From positions 14,446,001 through 14,510,000 of the forward strand of contig CATNEN010000003.1 of the NCBI GenBank assembly GCA_950097015.1: a stretch of DNA of 64,000 nt. The letters run 5' to 3'. Of the stretch, positions 49,430-62,725 are shown one piece after another; the stretch's first letter is position 1; every line of letters begins with the position of its first letter. Both the position numbers and the translations under genes were made by a program. The notes beneath the pieces were generated by a model. That model searched no databases and had not been told where the DNA came from. It saw nothing but the letters and a program-made list of their open reading frames with translations. The stretch comes from Macrostomum hystrix. Lineage: Eukaryota > Animalia > Platyhelminthes.

Positions 49430-52348
49430 AATCGCTCTAAACATCGTAGCCGTAATCGCACCAAGAATCGTAGCAAGAATCGCAACAATAATGCTAGCTA
49501 GAATCGCACCAAGAATGGTGGCTAGAATCGCACCAATAATGCTAGCTAGAATCGCACCAAGAATGGTGGCTAGAACCGCACCAAGAATGGTGGCTAGAAT
49601 CGCACCAAGAATGGTAGCTAGAACCGCACCAAGAATGGTGGCTAGAACCGCACCAAGAATGGTAGCTAGAATCGCACCAAGAATCGTAGCTAGAATCGCA
49701 ACAATAATGCTAGCTAGAATCGCACCAAGAATGGTGGCTAGAATCGCACCAATAATGCTAGCTAGAATCGCACCAAGAATGGTGGCTAGAACCGCACCAA
49801 GAATGGTGGCTAGAATCGCACCAAGAATGGTAGCTAGAACCGCACCAAGAATGGTGGCTAGAATCGCACCAAGAATGGTAGCTAGAATCGCACCAAGAAT
49901 CGTAGCTAGAACCGCACCAAGAATGGTGGCTAGAATCGCACCAAGAATGGTAGCTAGAATGGCACCAAGAATGGTGGCTAGAATCGCACCAAGAATGGTA
50001 GCTAGAATCGCACCAAGAATGGTAGCTAGAATCGCACCAAGAATAGTAGCTAGAATCGCACCAAGAATGGTAGCTAGAATCGCATCAAAATCGTAGTTTG
50101 AGTCGCACTGGAAATAGCATCTAGAATCGCACCAAGAATAGTAGCTAGAATCGCACCAAGAATAGTAGCTAGAATCGCACCAAGAATAGTAGCTAGAATC
50201 GCACCAAGAATAGTAGCTAGAATCGCACCAAGAATGGTGGCTAGAATCGCACCAAGAATGGTAGCTAGAATCGCACCAAGAATGGTGGCTAGAATCGCAC
50301 CAAGAATGGTAGCTAGAATCGCAGCAAAATCGTAGTTTGAGTCGCACTGGAAATAGCATCTAGAATCGCACCAAGAATGGTAGCTAGAATCGCACTAAGA
50401 ATAGTAGCTAGAATTGCACCAAGAATAGTAGCTAGAATCGCACCAAGAATGCTAGCTAGAATCGCAGCAAAATCGTAGTTTGAGTCGCACTGGAAATAGC
50501 ATCTAGAATCGCACCAAGAATGGTAGCTAGAATCGCACCAAGAATAGAAGCTAGAATCGCACCAAGAATGCTAGCTAGAATCGCACCAAGAATAGTAGCT
50601 AGAATCACACCAAGAATAGTAGCTAGAATCGCACCAAGAATGCTAGCTAGAATCGCACCAAGAATGGTAGCTAGAATCGCACCAAGAATGCTAGCTAGAA
50701 TCGCACCAAGAATGGTGGCTAGAATCGTACCAAGAATAGTAGCTAGAATCGCACCAAGAATGTTGGCTAGAACCGCACCAAGAATGGTGGCTAGAATCGC
50801 ACCAAGAATGGTAGCTAGAATCGCACCAAGAATGGTGGCTAGAATCGCACCAAGAATGGTAGCTAGAACCGCACCAAGAATGGTAGCTAGAATCGCACCA
50901 AGAATGGTAGCTAGAATCGCACCAAGAATGGTGGCTAGAATCGCACCAAGAATGGTGGCTAGAACCGCACCAAGAATGGTGGCTAGAATCGCACCAAGAA
51001 TGGTGGCTAGAATCGTACCAAGAATAGTAGCTAGAATCGCACCAAGAATGGTGGCTAGAACCGCACCAAGAATGGTGGCTAGAATCGCACCAAGAATGGT
51101 AGCTAGAACCGCACCAAGAATGGTGGCTAGAATCGCACCAAGAATGGTGGCTAGAATCGCACCAAGAATGGTAGCTAGAATCGCACCAAGAATGGTGGCT
51201 AGAATCGCACCAAGAATGGTAGCTAGAATCGCACCAAGAATGGTGGCTAGAACCGCACCAAGAATGGTGGCTAGAATCGCACCAAGAATGGTGGCTAGAA
51301 TCGTACCAAGAATAGTAGCTAGAATCGCACCAAGAATAGCAGCTAGAATCGCACCAAGAATGGTAGCTAGAATCGCATCAAAATCGTAGTTTGAGTCGCA
51401 CTGGAAATAGCATCTAGAATCGCACCAAGAATAGTAGCTAGAATCGCACCAAGAATAGTAGCTAGAATCGCACCAAAAATAGTAGCTAGAATCGCACCAA
51501 GAATGGTGGCTAGAATCGCACCAAGAATGGTAGCTAGAATCGCAGCAAAATCGTAGTTTGAGTCGCACTGGAAATAGCATCTAGAATCGCACCAAGAATG
51601 GTAGCTAGAATCGCACCAAGAATAGTAGCTAGAATTACACCAAGAATAGTAGCTAGAATCGCACCAAGAATGCTAGCTAGAATCGCAGCAAAATCGTAGT
51701 TTGAGTCGCACTGGAAATAGCATCTAGAATCGCACCAAGAATGGTAGCTAGAATCGCACCAAGAATAGAAGCTAGAATCGCACCAAGAATGGTAGCTAGA
51801 ATCGCACCAAGAATAGAAGCTAGAATCGCACCAAGAATGGTAGCTAGAATCGCACCAAGAATGGTGGCTAGAATCGCACCAAGAATGCTAGCTAGAATCG
51901 CACCAAGAATGGTAGCTAGAATCGCACCAAGAATGCTAGCTAGAATCGCACCAAGAATAGTAGCTAGAATCACACCAAGAATGGTGGCTAGAATCGCACC
52001 AAGAATGCTAGCTAGAATCGCACCAAGAATGGTAGCTAGAATCGCACCAAGAATAGAAGCTAGAATCGCACCAAGAATGGTAGCTAGAATCGCACCAAGA
52101 ATAGTAGCTAGAATCGCACCAAGAATGGTAGCTAGAATCGCACCAAGAATGGTAGCTAGAATCGCACCAAGAATGGTGGCTAGAATCGCACCAAGAATGG
52201 TAGCTAGAACCGCACCAAGAATGGTAGCTAGAATCGCACCAAGAATGGTAGCTAGAATCGCACCAAGAATGGTGGCTAGAATCGCACCAAGAATGGTAGC
52301 TAGAACCGCACCAAGAATTGTAGCTAGAATCGCACCAAAAATGGTAGT
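49430..52348. repeat. 24-bp minisatellite (AGCTAGAATCGCACCAAGAATGGT) with a recurrent longer variant unit
   Basis: Direct tandem repeat. The unit length is divisible by 3, which gives the ARIAPRMV/ILATILGA ORFs. Confidence 0.97.
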
Positions 52349-52747
52349 CTAATCAATCAATCAATCTAATCAATGGAAAGATTAAAATATAGTCGTCTGG
52401 TAATTCCCTAGAAAATGTACCGAACTCTAAAGTTGTTGTTTTACTGTTTTTTTAATCAGTTTTTTGTTGCAAGTGCAGTAAAATATATTACGTATATTAC
52501 GAAAATATACACTTTCCCTGTGGCCATTCCGTAGTCTATGGCGAAAAGTCATTTCTACGAGTATGAAATCGTTTAATTCTCCCCGAAAGATACGACTTTT
52601 TACCATAGACTAGAGATTTAGAAAGACTAGACTACAGACCCGGCTCAGAATGAGAGAAATGAAACTATTTAATTAAGCTATCGTATTTTATCTATCTCGA
52701 ATAATTGTCGTTGCTTAGCTATAAAAGTACACCAATCGGAAAGCGCA

Positions 52748-55700
52748 ATGAAGAAAACTGCTATTTACGATTTATCGTTAACGAGAAATCTTCACAGAAA
52801 TGCACAACAGCGGGCCGATAAAAGCAGAGAGAACGTAGAGAAGAAGCTGTACCAAGCTCAGCAGCAGGACCCCGCATCTGAGTCTGAGCATTGGAGTAAA
52901 AAGCTGAGCAGTCAGCAACTGTCAATCGGGTTTGATTTGTCAGTGTACGCCACTCACGATCATAGTGGTCGAATTACTCTGCATCCTGTACTGCGTGCGG
53001 TGGGTGGTAAGTCACGTAGCGCTACGCCTGTTGCGGCAGAGCCAACTGGGGGTGACTGCGCTACTCTGCAGCCAAAGCTGAACTGCTCCGAAAGTGAGAA
53101 CCGATGGCGAAAGTCTAAACTGGCTGATACTGCTGCTACTTTCAATATTGGTAGGTGGTTGTCTTCTTCGTGTAATTCATCATTCGAAGCTGTCGTTTTT
53201 TTACAAGGGCTGGTAAAAGTAGTAGAATAGTATAAGACTACGTTTCTTAGAAACAGTTTAAGAGACTGGTTCAATGCTCGTATTTTAATAATCTTTTTTA
53301 CTTTTTTTATAATACAGCTTAGTCGATTTCTAAATCGAATTCCCGACCCTTTAAGTCGTGAGTTTGATGCTCTGACCATTAGACTGCAGACATATTTGCA
53401 TTATCATCGTCATTAAAATTCGACTAATCTCTTCAGGCACTTCATGATGACTTTTCTGTCTTCTTCAGGCACTTCATGATGACTTGTCTGTCTTCTTCAG
53501 GCACTTCATGATGACTTGTCTGTCTTCTTCAGGCACTTCATGATGACTTTTCTGTCTTCTTCAGGCACTTCAAGATGACTTGTCTGTCTTCTTCAGGCAC
53601 TTCAGGATGACTTGTCTGTCTTCTTCAGGCACTTCAAGATGACTTGTCTGTCTTCTTCAGGCACTTCAGGATGACTTGTCTGTCTTCTTCAGGCACTTCA
53701 TGATGACTTTTCTGTCTTCTTCAGGCACTTCAGGATGACTTGTCTGTCTTCTTCAGGCACTTCATGATGACTTGTCTGTCTTCTTCAGGCACTTCATGAT
53801 GACTTTTCTGTCTTCTTCAGGCACTTCATGATGACTTGTCTGTCTTCTTCAGGCACTTCATGATGGCTTGTCTGTCTTCTTCAGGCACTTCATGATGACT
53901 TGTCTGTCTTCTTCAGGCACTTCATGATGACTTTTCTGTCTTCTTCAGGCACTTCATGATGACTTTTCTGTCTTCTTCAGGCACTTCATGATGAATTGTC
54001 TGTCTTCTTCAGGCACTTCATGATGACTTTTCTGTCTTCTTCAGGCACTTCATGATGACTTTTCTGTCTTCTTCAGGCACTTCATGATGAATTGTCTGTC
54101 TTCTTCAGGCACTTCATGATGACTTGTCTGTCTTCTTCAGGCACTTCATGATGACTTGTCTGTCTTCTTCAGGCACTTCATGATGACTTTTCTGTCTACT
54201 TCAGGCACTTCATGATGACTTTTCTGTCTACTTCAGGCACTTCATGATGACTTTTCTGTCTACTTCAGGCACTTCATGATGACTTTTCTGTCTACTTCAG
54301 GCACTTCATGATGACTTGTCTGTCTTCTTCAGGCACTTCATGATGACTTGTCTGTCTTCTTCAGGCACTTCATGATGACTTTTCTGTCTTCGTCAGGCAC
54401 TTCATGATGACTTTTCTGTCTTCTTCAGGCACTTCATGATGACTTTTCTGTCTTCTTCAGGCACTTCAGTATGACTTTTCTGTCTTCTTCCGGCACTTCA
54501 TGATGACTTTTCTGTCTTCTTCAGGCACTTCATGATGACTTTTCTGTCTTCTTCAGGCACTTCATGATGACTTGTCTGTCTTCTTCAGGCACTTCATGAT
54601 GACTTGTCTGTCTTCTTCAGGCACTTCATGATGACTTTTCTGTCTTCTTCAGGCACTTCATGATGACTTTTCTGTCTTCTTCAGGCACTTCATGATGAAT
54701 TGTCTGTCTTCTTCAGGCACTTCATGATGACTTTTCTGTCTTCTTCAGGCACTTCATGATGACTTTTCTGTCTTCTTCAGGCACTTCATGATGAATTGTC
54801 TGTCTTCTTCAGGCACTTCATGATGACTTGTCTGTCTTCTTCAGGCACTTCAAGATGACTTTTCTGTCTTCTTCAGGCACTTCATGATGACTTTTCTGTC
54901 TTCTTCAGGCACTTCATGATGACTTGTCTGTCTTCTTCAGGCACTTCATGATGACTTTTCTGTCTTCTTCAGGCACTTCAAGATGACTTGTCTGTCTTCT
55001 TCAGGCACTTCATGATGACTTTTCTGTCTTCTTCAGGCACTTCATGATGACTTGTCTGTCTTCTTCAGGCACTTCATGATGACTTTTCTGTCTACTTCAG
55101 GCACTTCATGATGACTTTTCTGTCTACTTCAGGCACTTCATGATGACTTGTCTGTCTTCTTCAGGCACTTCATGATGACTTTTCTGTCTACTTCAGGCAC
55201 TTCATGATGACTTTTCTGTCTACTTCAGGCACTTCATGATGACTTTTCTGTCTACTTCAGGCACTTCATGATGACTTGTCTGTCTTCTTCAGGCACTTCA
55301 TGATGACTTGTCTGTCTTCTTCAGGCACTTCATGATGACTTTTCTGTCTTCGTCAGGCACTTCATGATGACTTTTCTGTCTTCTTCAGGCACTTCATGAT
55401 GACTTTTCTGTCTTCTTCAGGCACTTCAGTATGACTTTTCTGTCTTCTTCAGGCACTTCAAGATGACTTGTCTGTCTTCTTCAGGCACTTCATGATGACT
55501 TTTCTGTCTTCTTCAGGCACTTCATGATGACTTGTCTGTCTTCTTCAGGCACTTCATGATGACTTTTCTGTCTACTTCAGGCACTTCATGATGACTTTTC
55601 TGTCTACTTCAGGCACTTCAAGATGACTTTTCTGTCTTCTTCAGGCACTTCATGATGACTTTTCTGTCTTCTTCAGGCACTTCAAGATGACTTGTCTGTC

Positions 55701-58700
55701 TTCTTCAGGCACTTCATGATGACTTTTCTGTCTTCTTCAGGCACTTCATGATGACTTGTCTGTCTTCTTCAGGCACTTCATGATGACTTTTCTGTCTACT
55801 TCAGGCACTTCATGATGACTTTTCTGTCTACTTCAGGCACTTCATGATGACTTTTCTGTCTACTTCAGGCACTTCATGATGACTTTTCTGTCTACTTCAG
55901 GCACTTCATGATGACTTGTCTGTCTTCTTCAGGCACTTCATGATGACTTGTCTGTCTTCTTCAGGCACTTCATGATGACTTTTCTGTCTTCGTCAGGCAC
56001 TTCATGATGACTTTTCTGTCTTCTTCAGGCACTTCATGATGACTTTTCTGTCTTCTTCAGGCACTTCAGTATGACTTTTCTGTCTTCTTCCGGCACTTCA
56101 TGATGACTTTTCTGTCTTCTTCAGGCACTTCATGATGACTTTTCTGTCTTCTTCAGGCACTTCATGATGACTTTTCTGTCTTCTTCAGGCACTTCATGAT
56201 GACTTTTCTGTCTTCTTCAGGCACTTCAAGATGACTTTTCTGTCTTCTTCAGGCACTTCATGATGACTTTTCTGTCTTCTTCAGGCACTTCATGATGACT
56301 TTTCTGTCTTCTTCAGGCACTTCATGATGAATTGTCTGTCTTCTTTAGGCACTTCATGATGACTTTTCTGTCTTCTTCAGGCACTTCATGATGACTTTTC
56401 TGTCTTCTTCAGGCACTTCATGATGACTTGTCTGTCTTCTTCAGGCACTTCAAGATGACTTGTCTGTCTTCTTCAGGCACTTCATGATGACTTGTCTGTC
56501 TTCTTCAGGCACTTCATGATGACTTGTCTGTCTTCTTCAGGCACTTCATGATGACTTGTCTGTCTTCTTCAGGCACTTCATGATGACTTGTCTGTCTTCT
56601 TCAGGCACTTCATGATGAATTGTCTGTCTTCTTCAGGCACTTCATGATGACTTTTCTGTCTTCTTCAGGCACTTCATGATGACTTTTCTGTCTTCTTCAG
56701 GCACTTCATGATGAATTGTCTGTCTTCTTCAGGCACTTCAAGATGACTTGTCTGTCTTCTTCAGGCACTTCATGATGAATTTTCCGTCTTCTTCAGGCAC
56801 TTCATGATGACTTTTATGTCTTCTTCCGGCACTTCATGATGAATTTTCTGTCTTCTTCAGGCACTTCAAGATGACTTTTCTGTCTTCTTCTGGCACTTCA
56901 TGATGACTTATCTGTCTTCTTCAGGCACTTCATGATGACTTTTCTGTCTTCTTCAGGCACTTCATGATGACTTGTCTGTCTTCTTCAGGCACTTCATGAT
57001 GACTTTTCTGTCTTCTTCAGGCACTTCATGATGACTTGTCTGTCTTCTTCAGGCACTTCAAGATGACTTTTCTGTCTTCTTCAGGCACTTCATGATGACT
57101 TTTCTGTCTTCTTCAGGCACTTCATGATGACTTTTCTGTCTTCTTCAGGCACTTCATGATGAATTGTCTGTCTTCTTCAGGCACTTCATGATGACTTTTC
57201 TGTCTTCTTCAGGCACTTCATGATGACTTTTCTGTCTTCTTCAGGCACTTCATGATGAATTGTCTGTCTTCTTCAGGCACTTCAAGATGACTTGTCTGTC
57301 TTCTTCAGGCACTTCATGATGACTTGTCTGTCTTCTTCAGGCACTTCATGATGACTTGTCTGTCTTCTTCAGGCACTTCATGATGACTTGTCTGTCTTCT
57401 TCAGGCACTTCATGATGACTTGTCTGTCTTCTTCAGGCACTTCATGATGACTTGTCTGTCTTCTTCAGGCACTTCAAGATGACTTTTCTGTCTTCTTCAG
57501 GCACTTCATGATGACTTGTCTGTCTTCTTCAGGCACTTCAAGATGACTTTTCTGTCTTCTTCAGGCACTTCATGATGACTTTTCTGTCTTCTTCAGGCAC
57601 TTCAAGATGACTTTTCTGTCTTCTTCAGGCACTTCAAGATGACTTTTCTGTCTTCTTCAGGCACTTCAAGATGACTTTTCTGTCTTCTTCCGGCACTTCA
57701 AGATGACTTTTCTGTCTTCTTCCGGCACTTCATGATGACTTTTCTGTCTTCTTCAGGCACTTCATGATGACTTGTCTGTCTTCTTCCGGCACTTCATGAT
57801 GAATATATGGAATTTTAAGAGCTCCTATCAGAGGGTCCGTATTCTCGTTTTCGACTTATTTGTTTTAGTTGATAATGCGCTGGCTATTAAAAATTGAAAT
57901 TGATTGCCACCAGATACGGAAATCAGATCGGTCGATTCGCACACATTGGCAAGCAATCAGAAAACAGCGACAGCGGCCGCCAATACTAATTCTTTACCTG
58001 CGAATTCGCGAAAAAATTATCTGGCACCATCTAGGCCGAAGTTGGAGTCTTTTAATTTTCATGTTGACCTTCGGCCACATAGGACTGCTGCTAACGCTCC
58101 GCAAGGTTTGTTGACGCAATAGTTATTTTAAAAGAATCTTCTGAGATTCTCAAAACCACATTCTTAAATCGCTTATCTCTCTTCTATAATCTCTCCTTTA
58201 TTAAAAAATCTCTTCTTCATTCTCTAATCTCCCCCTCATTGTCTAATATCTCCCTCATTCTCTAATCTCTCCTTCATTCTCTAATCTCTCCCTCATTCTC
58301 TAATCTCTCCCTCATTATCTAATCTCTCCCTCATTCTCTAATCTCTCCCTCATTCTCTAATCTCTCCCTCATTCTCTAATATCTCCCTCATTCTCTAATC
58401 TCTCCCTCATTCTCTAATATCTCCCTCATTCTCTAATCTCCCCCTCATTCTTTAATCTCTCCCTCATTCTCTAATATCTCCCTCATTATCTAATCTCTCC
58501 CTCATTCTTTAATCTCTCCCTCATTCTCTAATCTCTCCCTCATTCTCTAATCTCTCCCTCATTCTCTAATATCTCCCTCATTCTCTAATATCTCCCTCAT
58601 TCTTAATCTCTCCCTCATTATCTAATCTCTCCCTCATTCTCTAATCTCTTATTCATTATCTAATCTCTCCCTCATTCTCTAATCTCTCATTCATTCTCTA

Positions 58701-60386
58701 ATCTCTCCCTCATCATCTAATCTCTCCCTCATTCTCTAATCTCTCCCTCATTCTCTAATCTCTCCCTCATTCTCTAATATCTCCTTCATTTTCTAATATC
58801 CCCCTCATTCTCTAATCTCTCATTCATTATCTAATCTCTCCCTCATTTTCTAATCTCTCCCTCATTCTCTAATCTCTCCCTCATTCTCTAATATCTCCCT
58901 CATTCTCTAATCTCCCCCTCATTCTCTAATCTCTCCTTCATTCTCTAATCTCTCCCTCATTCTCTAATCTCTCCCTCATTCTCTAATCTCTCCCTCATCA
59001 TCTAATCTCTCCCTCATTCTCTAATCTCTCCCTCATTCTTTAATCTCTCCCTCATTCTCTAATCTCTCCCTCATTCTCTAATCTCTCCCTCATTCTCTAA
59101 TCTCTCCTTCATTCTCTAATCTCTCCCTCATTCTCTAATATCTCCTTCATTCTCTAATATCTCCCTCATTCTCTAATATCTCCCTCATTCTCTAATCTCT
59201 CATTCATTATCTAATCTCTCCCTCATTCTCTAATCTCTTATTCATTATCTAATCTCTCCCTCATTCTCTAATCTCTCATTCATTATCTAATCTCTCCCTC
59301 ATTCTCTAATCTCGCCCTCATTCTCTAATATATCCCTCATTCTCTAATCTTTTCTTCATTCTCTAATCTCTCCTTCATTCTCTAATCTCTGCTTCATACT
59401 CTAATCTCTCCTTCATTATCTAATTCTCAAACCTCTATTTTATATCGTCAATTCTCTTTTTCAATCTCTATTATCTATTCACTCATCTAATTTATCCAAT
59501 CTCTAATTCTTATACTCCAGCCTCCAATCTCTGCGTTCTCAAAGATTCTCAATGCCCTTTAATAAAGCACGCCCTCGCCTCCTTACTTACCTTTCAGTCG
59601 ACCATTCACGGCTGCGTGTCACAAACAACAGCAGCAATGTCACTCTTATTGAAAAACGAAAAAATAAAGCCGACACAACTACTGGATCAAGTAGTTCCGA
59701 CGACAATAGTAAGAAAGCTTCAAGAAGAAGCAGCGGCAGAACAAAGACTGATGGTGAGCGATGTTTTTGATTGATGTCTTCAGAAATCATTGTATGATGT
59801 TGAAGGATATCTTCAGAAATCATTGTCTGATGTTGAATGATGTCTTCAGAAATCATTGTATGATGTTGAATGATGTCTTCAGAAATCATTGTATGATGTT
59901 GAAGGATGTCTTCAGAAATCATTGTATGATGTTGAAGGATGTCCTCAGAAATCATTGTATGATGTTGAAGGACGTCTTCAGAAATCATTGTATGATATTG
60001 AATGATGTCTTCAGAAATCCTGCTGGTTGTCGAATGCTGGCTTCAAAACCAGAAAGTCATGGCCTGATGTAGGAATAATTTTTATTTCAGACTCCGACGA
60101 ACGCCTGGAACAGTTAAGTCCTAAGCTATTAGTATTGCTACTGGACAAAATGGAGAGCCTATTATCGGAGCTAGATTCAAATCGACGACCCGTCCATGAG
60201 GACTTCGAAAGGATCGGCTGTGGCCCGTTGTGCTCCATGACGTCGGAGGCGTCCAGTCGCAACACGGAAGCGGCATCGAAAACTTCGTCAACAACTAGCA
60301 GAGCAGTGCAAATGCCTAGGTGCAATCTTTCATTGTCTGAACTCAAAACGGAGTACAATTGCGGAGGACATTTACGGAGGACGTAA
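52748..60386 (+). CDS. Multi-exon gene of unknown function; exons 52748 (or acceptor 52798)-53150, 57914-58105, 59598-59753, 60091-60386
   Basis: Four open unique-sequence islands between arrays are joined by three GT-AG introns, all phase 1, giving one continuous frame. The protein is Ser/Thr/Lys-rich and of low complexity, with no recognised domain. The 5' end is uncertain. Confidence 0.7.
53428..57802. repeat. 32-bp intronic minisatellite (CTTCTTCAGGCACTTCATGATGACTTTTCTGT), about 136 units
   Basis: Direct tandem repeat. Confidence 0.97.
58212..59425. repeat. 19-bp pyrimidine-rich intronic minisatellite (CATTCTCTAATCTCTCCCT)
   Basis: Direct tandem repeat. Confidence 0.96.
59770..60018. 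repeat. 33-bp intronic minisatellite (TGATGTCTTCAGAAATCATTGTATGATGTTGAA), about 7.5 units
   Basis: Direct tandem repeat. Confidence 0.93.
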
Positions 60387-62484
60387 ACCGGAATTTAGGA
60401 CGAATCGGCGATTCTAACAAAGACTTCCTTGGAAAGAATTTTTGCGCAATTTTACGTGTATTTTAGCAATGGTTTTAAAATTTTATTTATGTGTACTATT
60501 CATTCATACTAGCTGAAAACATGAAACAAGCATGAAAGAGTTCTAAAGAACATTATTTTTATAGCTATTAAATTTATGCGAAGCTTGTGACATTCAACTA
60601 TGTGCATTGGTTTGAAATGAAGGCTTTATTGAAACAAACAAAGCTTAATACTCTACGCTTATCCGACTTTTAAGCAGAAAAAAAATTTTTTTTATTTTCG
60701 GAGTCAAGTTAAAGTCGGAAAACGCTAATAGGAGGTGGGCCGTTGGGAGTGCGCTGATTGGCGTGCCGATAATCATTTTTTCGCGCGATAAGGAAAGGCA
60801 GTCGAAAAATGGCGTGCTTCTTACTCTACTAACAGTAGAAATGCAAGAAAATGAAGGCAGGAAAGCACGAAACTAAAAGCTATTGAATTTGTAGTTTCAA
60901 AGGAAAAAGCTTACTTCAAAACGGACTGAAGAAGTAATCGATGGAGTGACAACAAATTTTTCGGAAATCTGGAATTAAAGCCACTTGATTTCTATAGACT
61001 GGAATCGCATAAACGATTTTTCTAGTGACACAATTTTCAATCCGATTTCAGAGTGAAAAGAATCGATCAGCAATTTTTGTGGCTGGAATCGGAGCAATGG
61101 ATGCTTCTATTGACAAGAATCGAAGCAGACTGGAATCGAAGCAATCCATTTCTAGTACTATAGAATCAAGGACCATTAGGAGTAGAAGGACTGGAAACTA
61201 CATTTCTTAGAAAAAATGAAGGTTGGCTTTCGCGAAAAAATACACTACGGAGATAGAAAATTTTCACCTTTTCAGATTTAAATGGTGACAACTTTTGACT
61301 GAAAATAAATAGCGTTAAGAGACTGTGGTAGCGAGAGAAGCGGAATAGATAAGCAATGAGACCCTCGGGATCGTGTCGTCCTCCGACACGACACGTCCTC
61401 CGAAAGCATCCTCCGTCCGCACGGAAAGCATTTATAGCGCGCTCACAGTGAAAAGCAAAATCTGGTCCGGGGAAATTGGATATAAAAATTTTACTTAAAC
61501 TGGCCTAATCCGCGCCCTACTCTTCCAGAGAGGCTCCGGTTGTCTCTGCTTTCAGCACTGCTCCGACAGATCCTATCTGTTGGCACTCCTTCTGCCTGAC
61601 GGCGGAGTCTCCGAAGAGAGCACGTACTGACTTCGACAACAAGCGCCTATCTAGACCACCCTTGTCAGCGGCGCACTCTCAAGACGCGTAGCGCCGAAAG
61701 CTACCTAACTGAACAAGCGGAGCGTGGTCGGACGGGGCGAGACAAAACAAAGTGGACTTGCTTGCAGGTGCTTCTCACAGTGTAAGGCGAGTTGCGGAGA
61801 ACGATAAAAGCACGCTTCCTGTTCCTTTATAGAGTCATGTTAACCCCAAATTAGATCGATCAGCGAGGTGGATGCCTGGCTGTAGCTTGAGCCAAGGCGA
61901 CAAATCACAGTAGACTCGCGACTGCCGTTCTGAGCCCCGGGGTGGCTTCTTGCTGAGGGTCGACAGGTAGTGAGGCCGGGTCGTTTGCTGATTGGCCGGG
62001 ACTGTAGCCCAGGGATAGCGCTCGCGGGGTGGTGGGCGTCGGCTCCCCGGCTTGGCGTGGGTGACTTTTAGCTAAAAAAACACGCGTCTTAAAATACAAA
62101 ATAGGCACTGAATAATAACACCGGGAGAAATAAGGACAAACAAGCTGACACTACACTCTGAATTCCTGTCCCAAAAGTTTTCAAGGCTCTCTCGTATTGA
62201 CGCATGCTGCTTGCAGTCCAACTATGTTCAGACGGGTGAGACTTATTCACGTGGCTCTCTGCCTGGTCTAGGACATACTTCTGGTGCTGCAAGGCCTGCT
62301 GAAGTCGACCAATTTCTGGCACAATCTGATCCGATGTTGGGCCGTGGTGAATGAACTGCCACATTACTGTTGGCCGATTGACTACAGGAAGATTGTCTGT
62401 CAATAGAAGAAGGACGTGTGTCCCTTTTTTATTTTTTCTGTCTGATAGATTAAACGCTTTTCTAGTCTCCCATGTCAGCTTAGA

Positions 62485-62725
62485 CTCTTACTCAGATCAT
62501 TATCGAATTCACTCACATCTACTCAGAAATTACTCAGAAACTTCTCAAATCCCACTCAAATCCACTCAAATCCTACTCAGAATCAGGGACGACAAAAACA
62601 CTCTTGTTTTAGTGTGTTTTACAGTGTTTTAGTAGTCCCTGCTCAGAATATACTCAGATCCAACTCAGATCCTATTCTGCAGATTCTACTCAGATCCAAC
62701 TGAAATCCACTCAGATCCTGCTCGG
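62485..62725. mobile_element. Probable end of a DNA transposon (CMC/EnSpm-like) with subterminal ACTCAGA repeats
   Basis: More than 10 direct ACTCA(G/A)A motifs, an internal 19-bp inverted repeat (62584-62602 / 62623-62641), and an end at CTGCTCGG before AT-rich DNA. The partner end was not found. Confidence 0.4.

Noticed and set aside
49374-52352. ARIAPRMV / ILATILGA repeat proteins
   Set aside because: A 24-bp unit divisible by 3 gives ORFs on both strands. They are broken by variant units and have no clear splice context.
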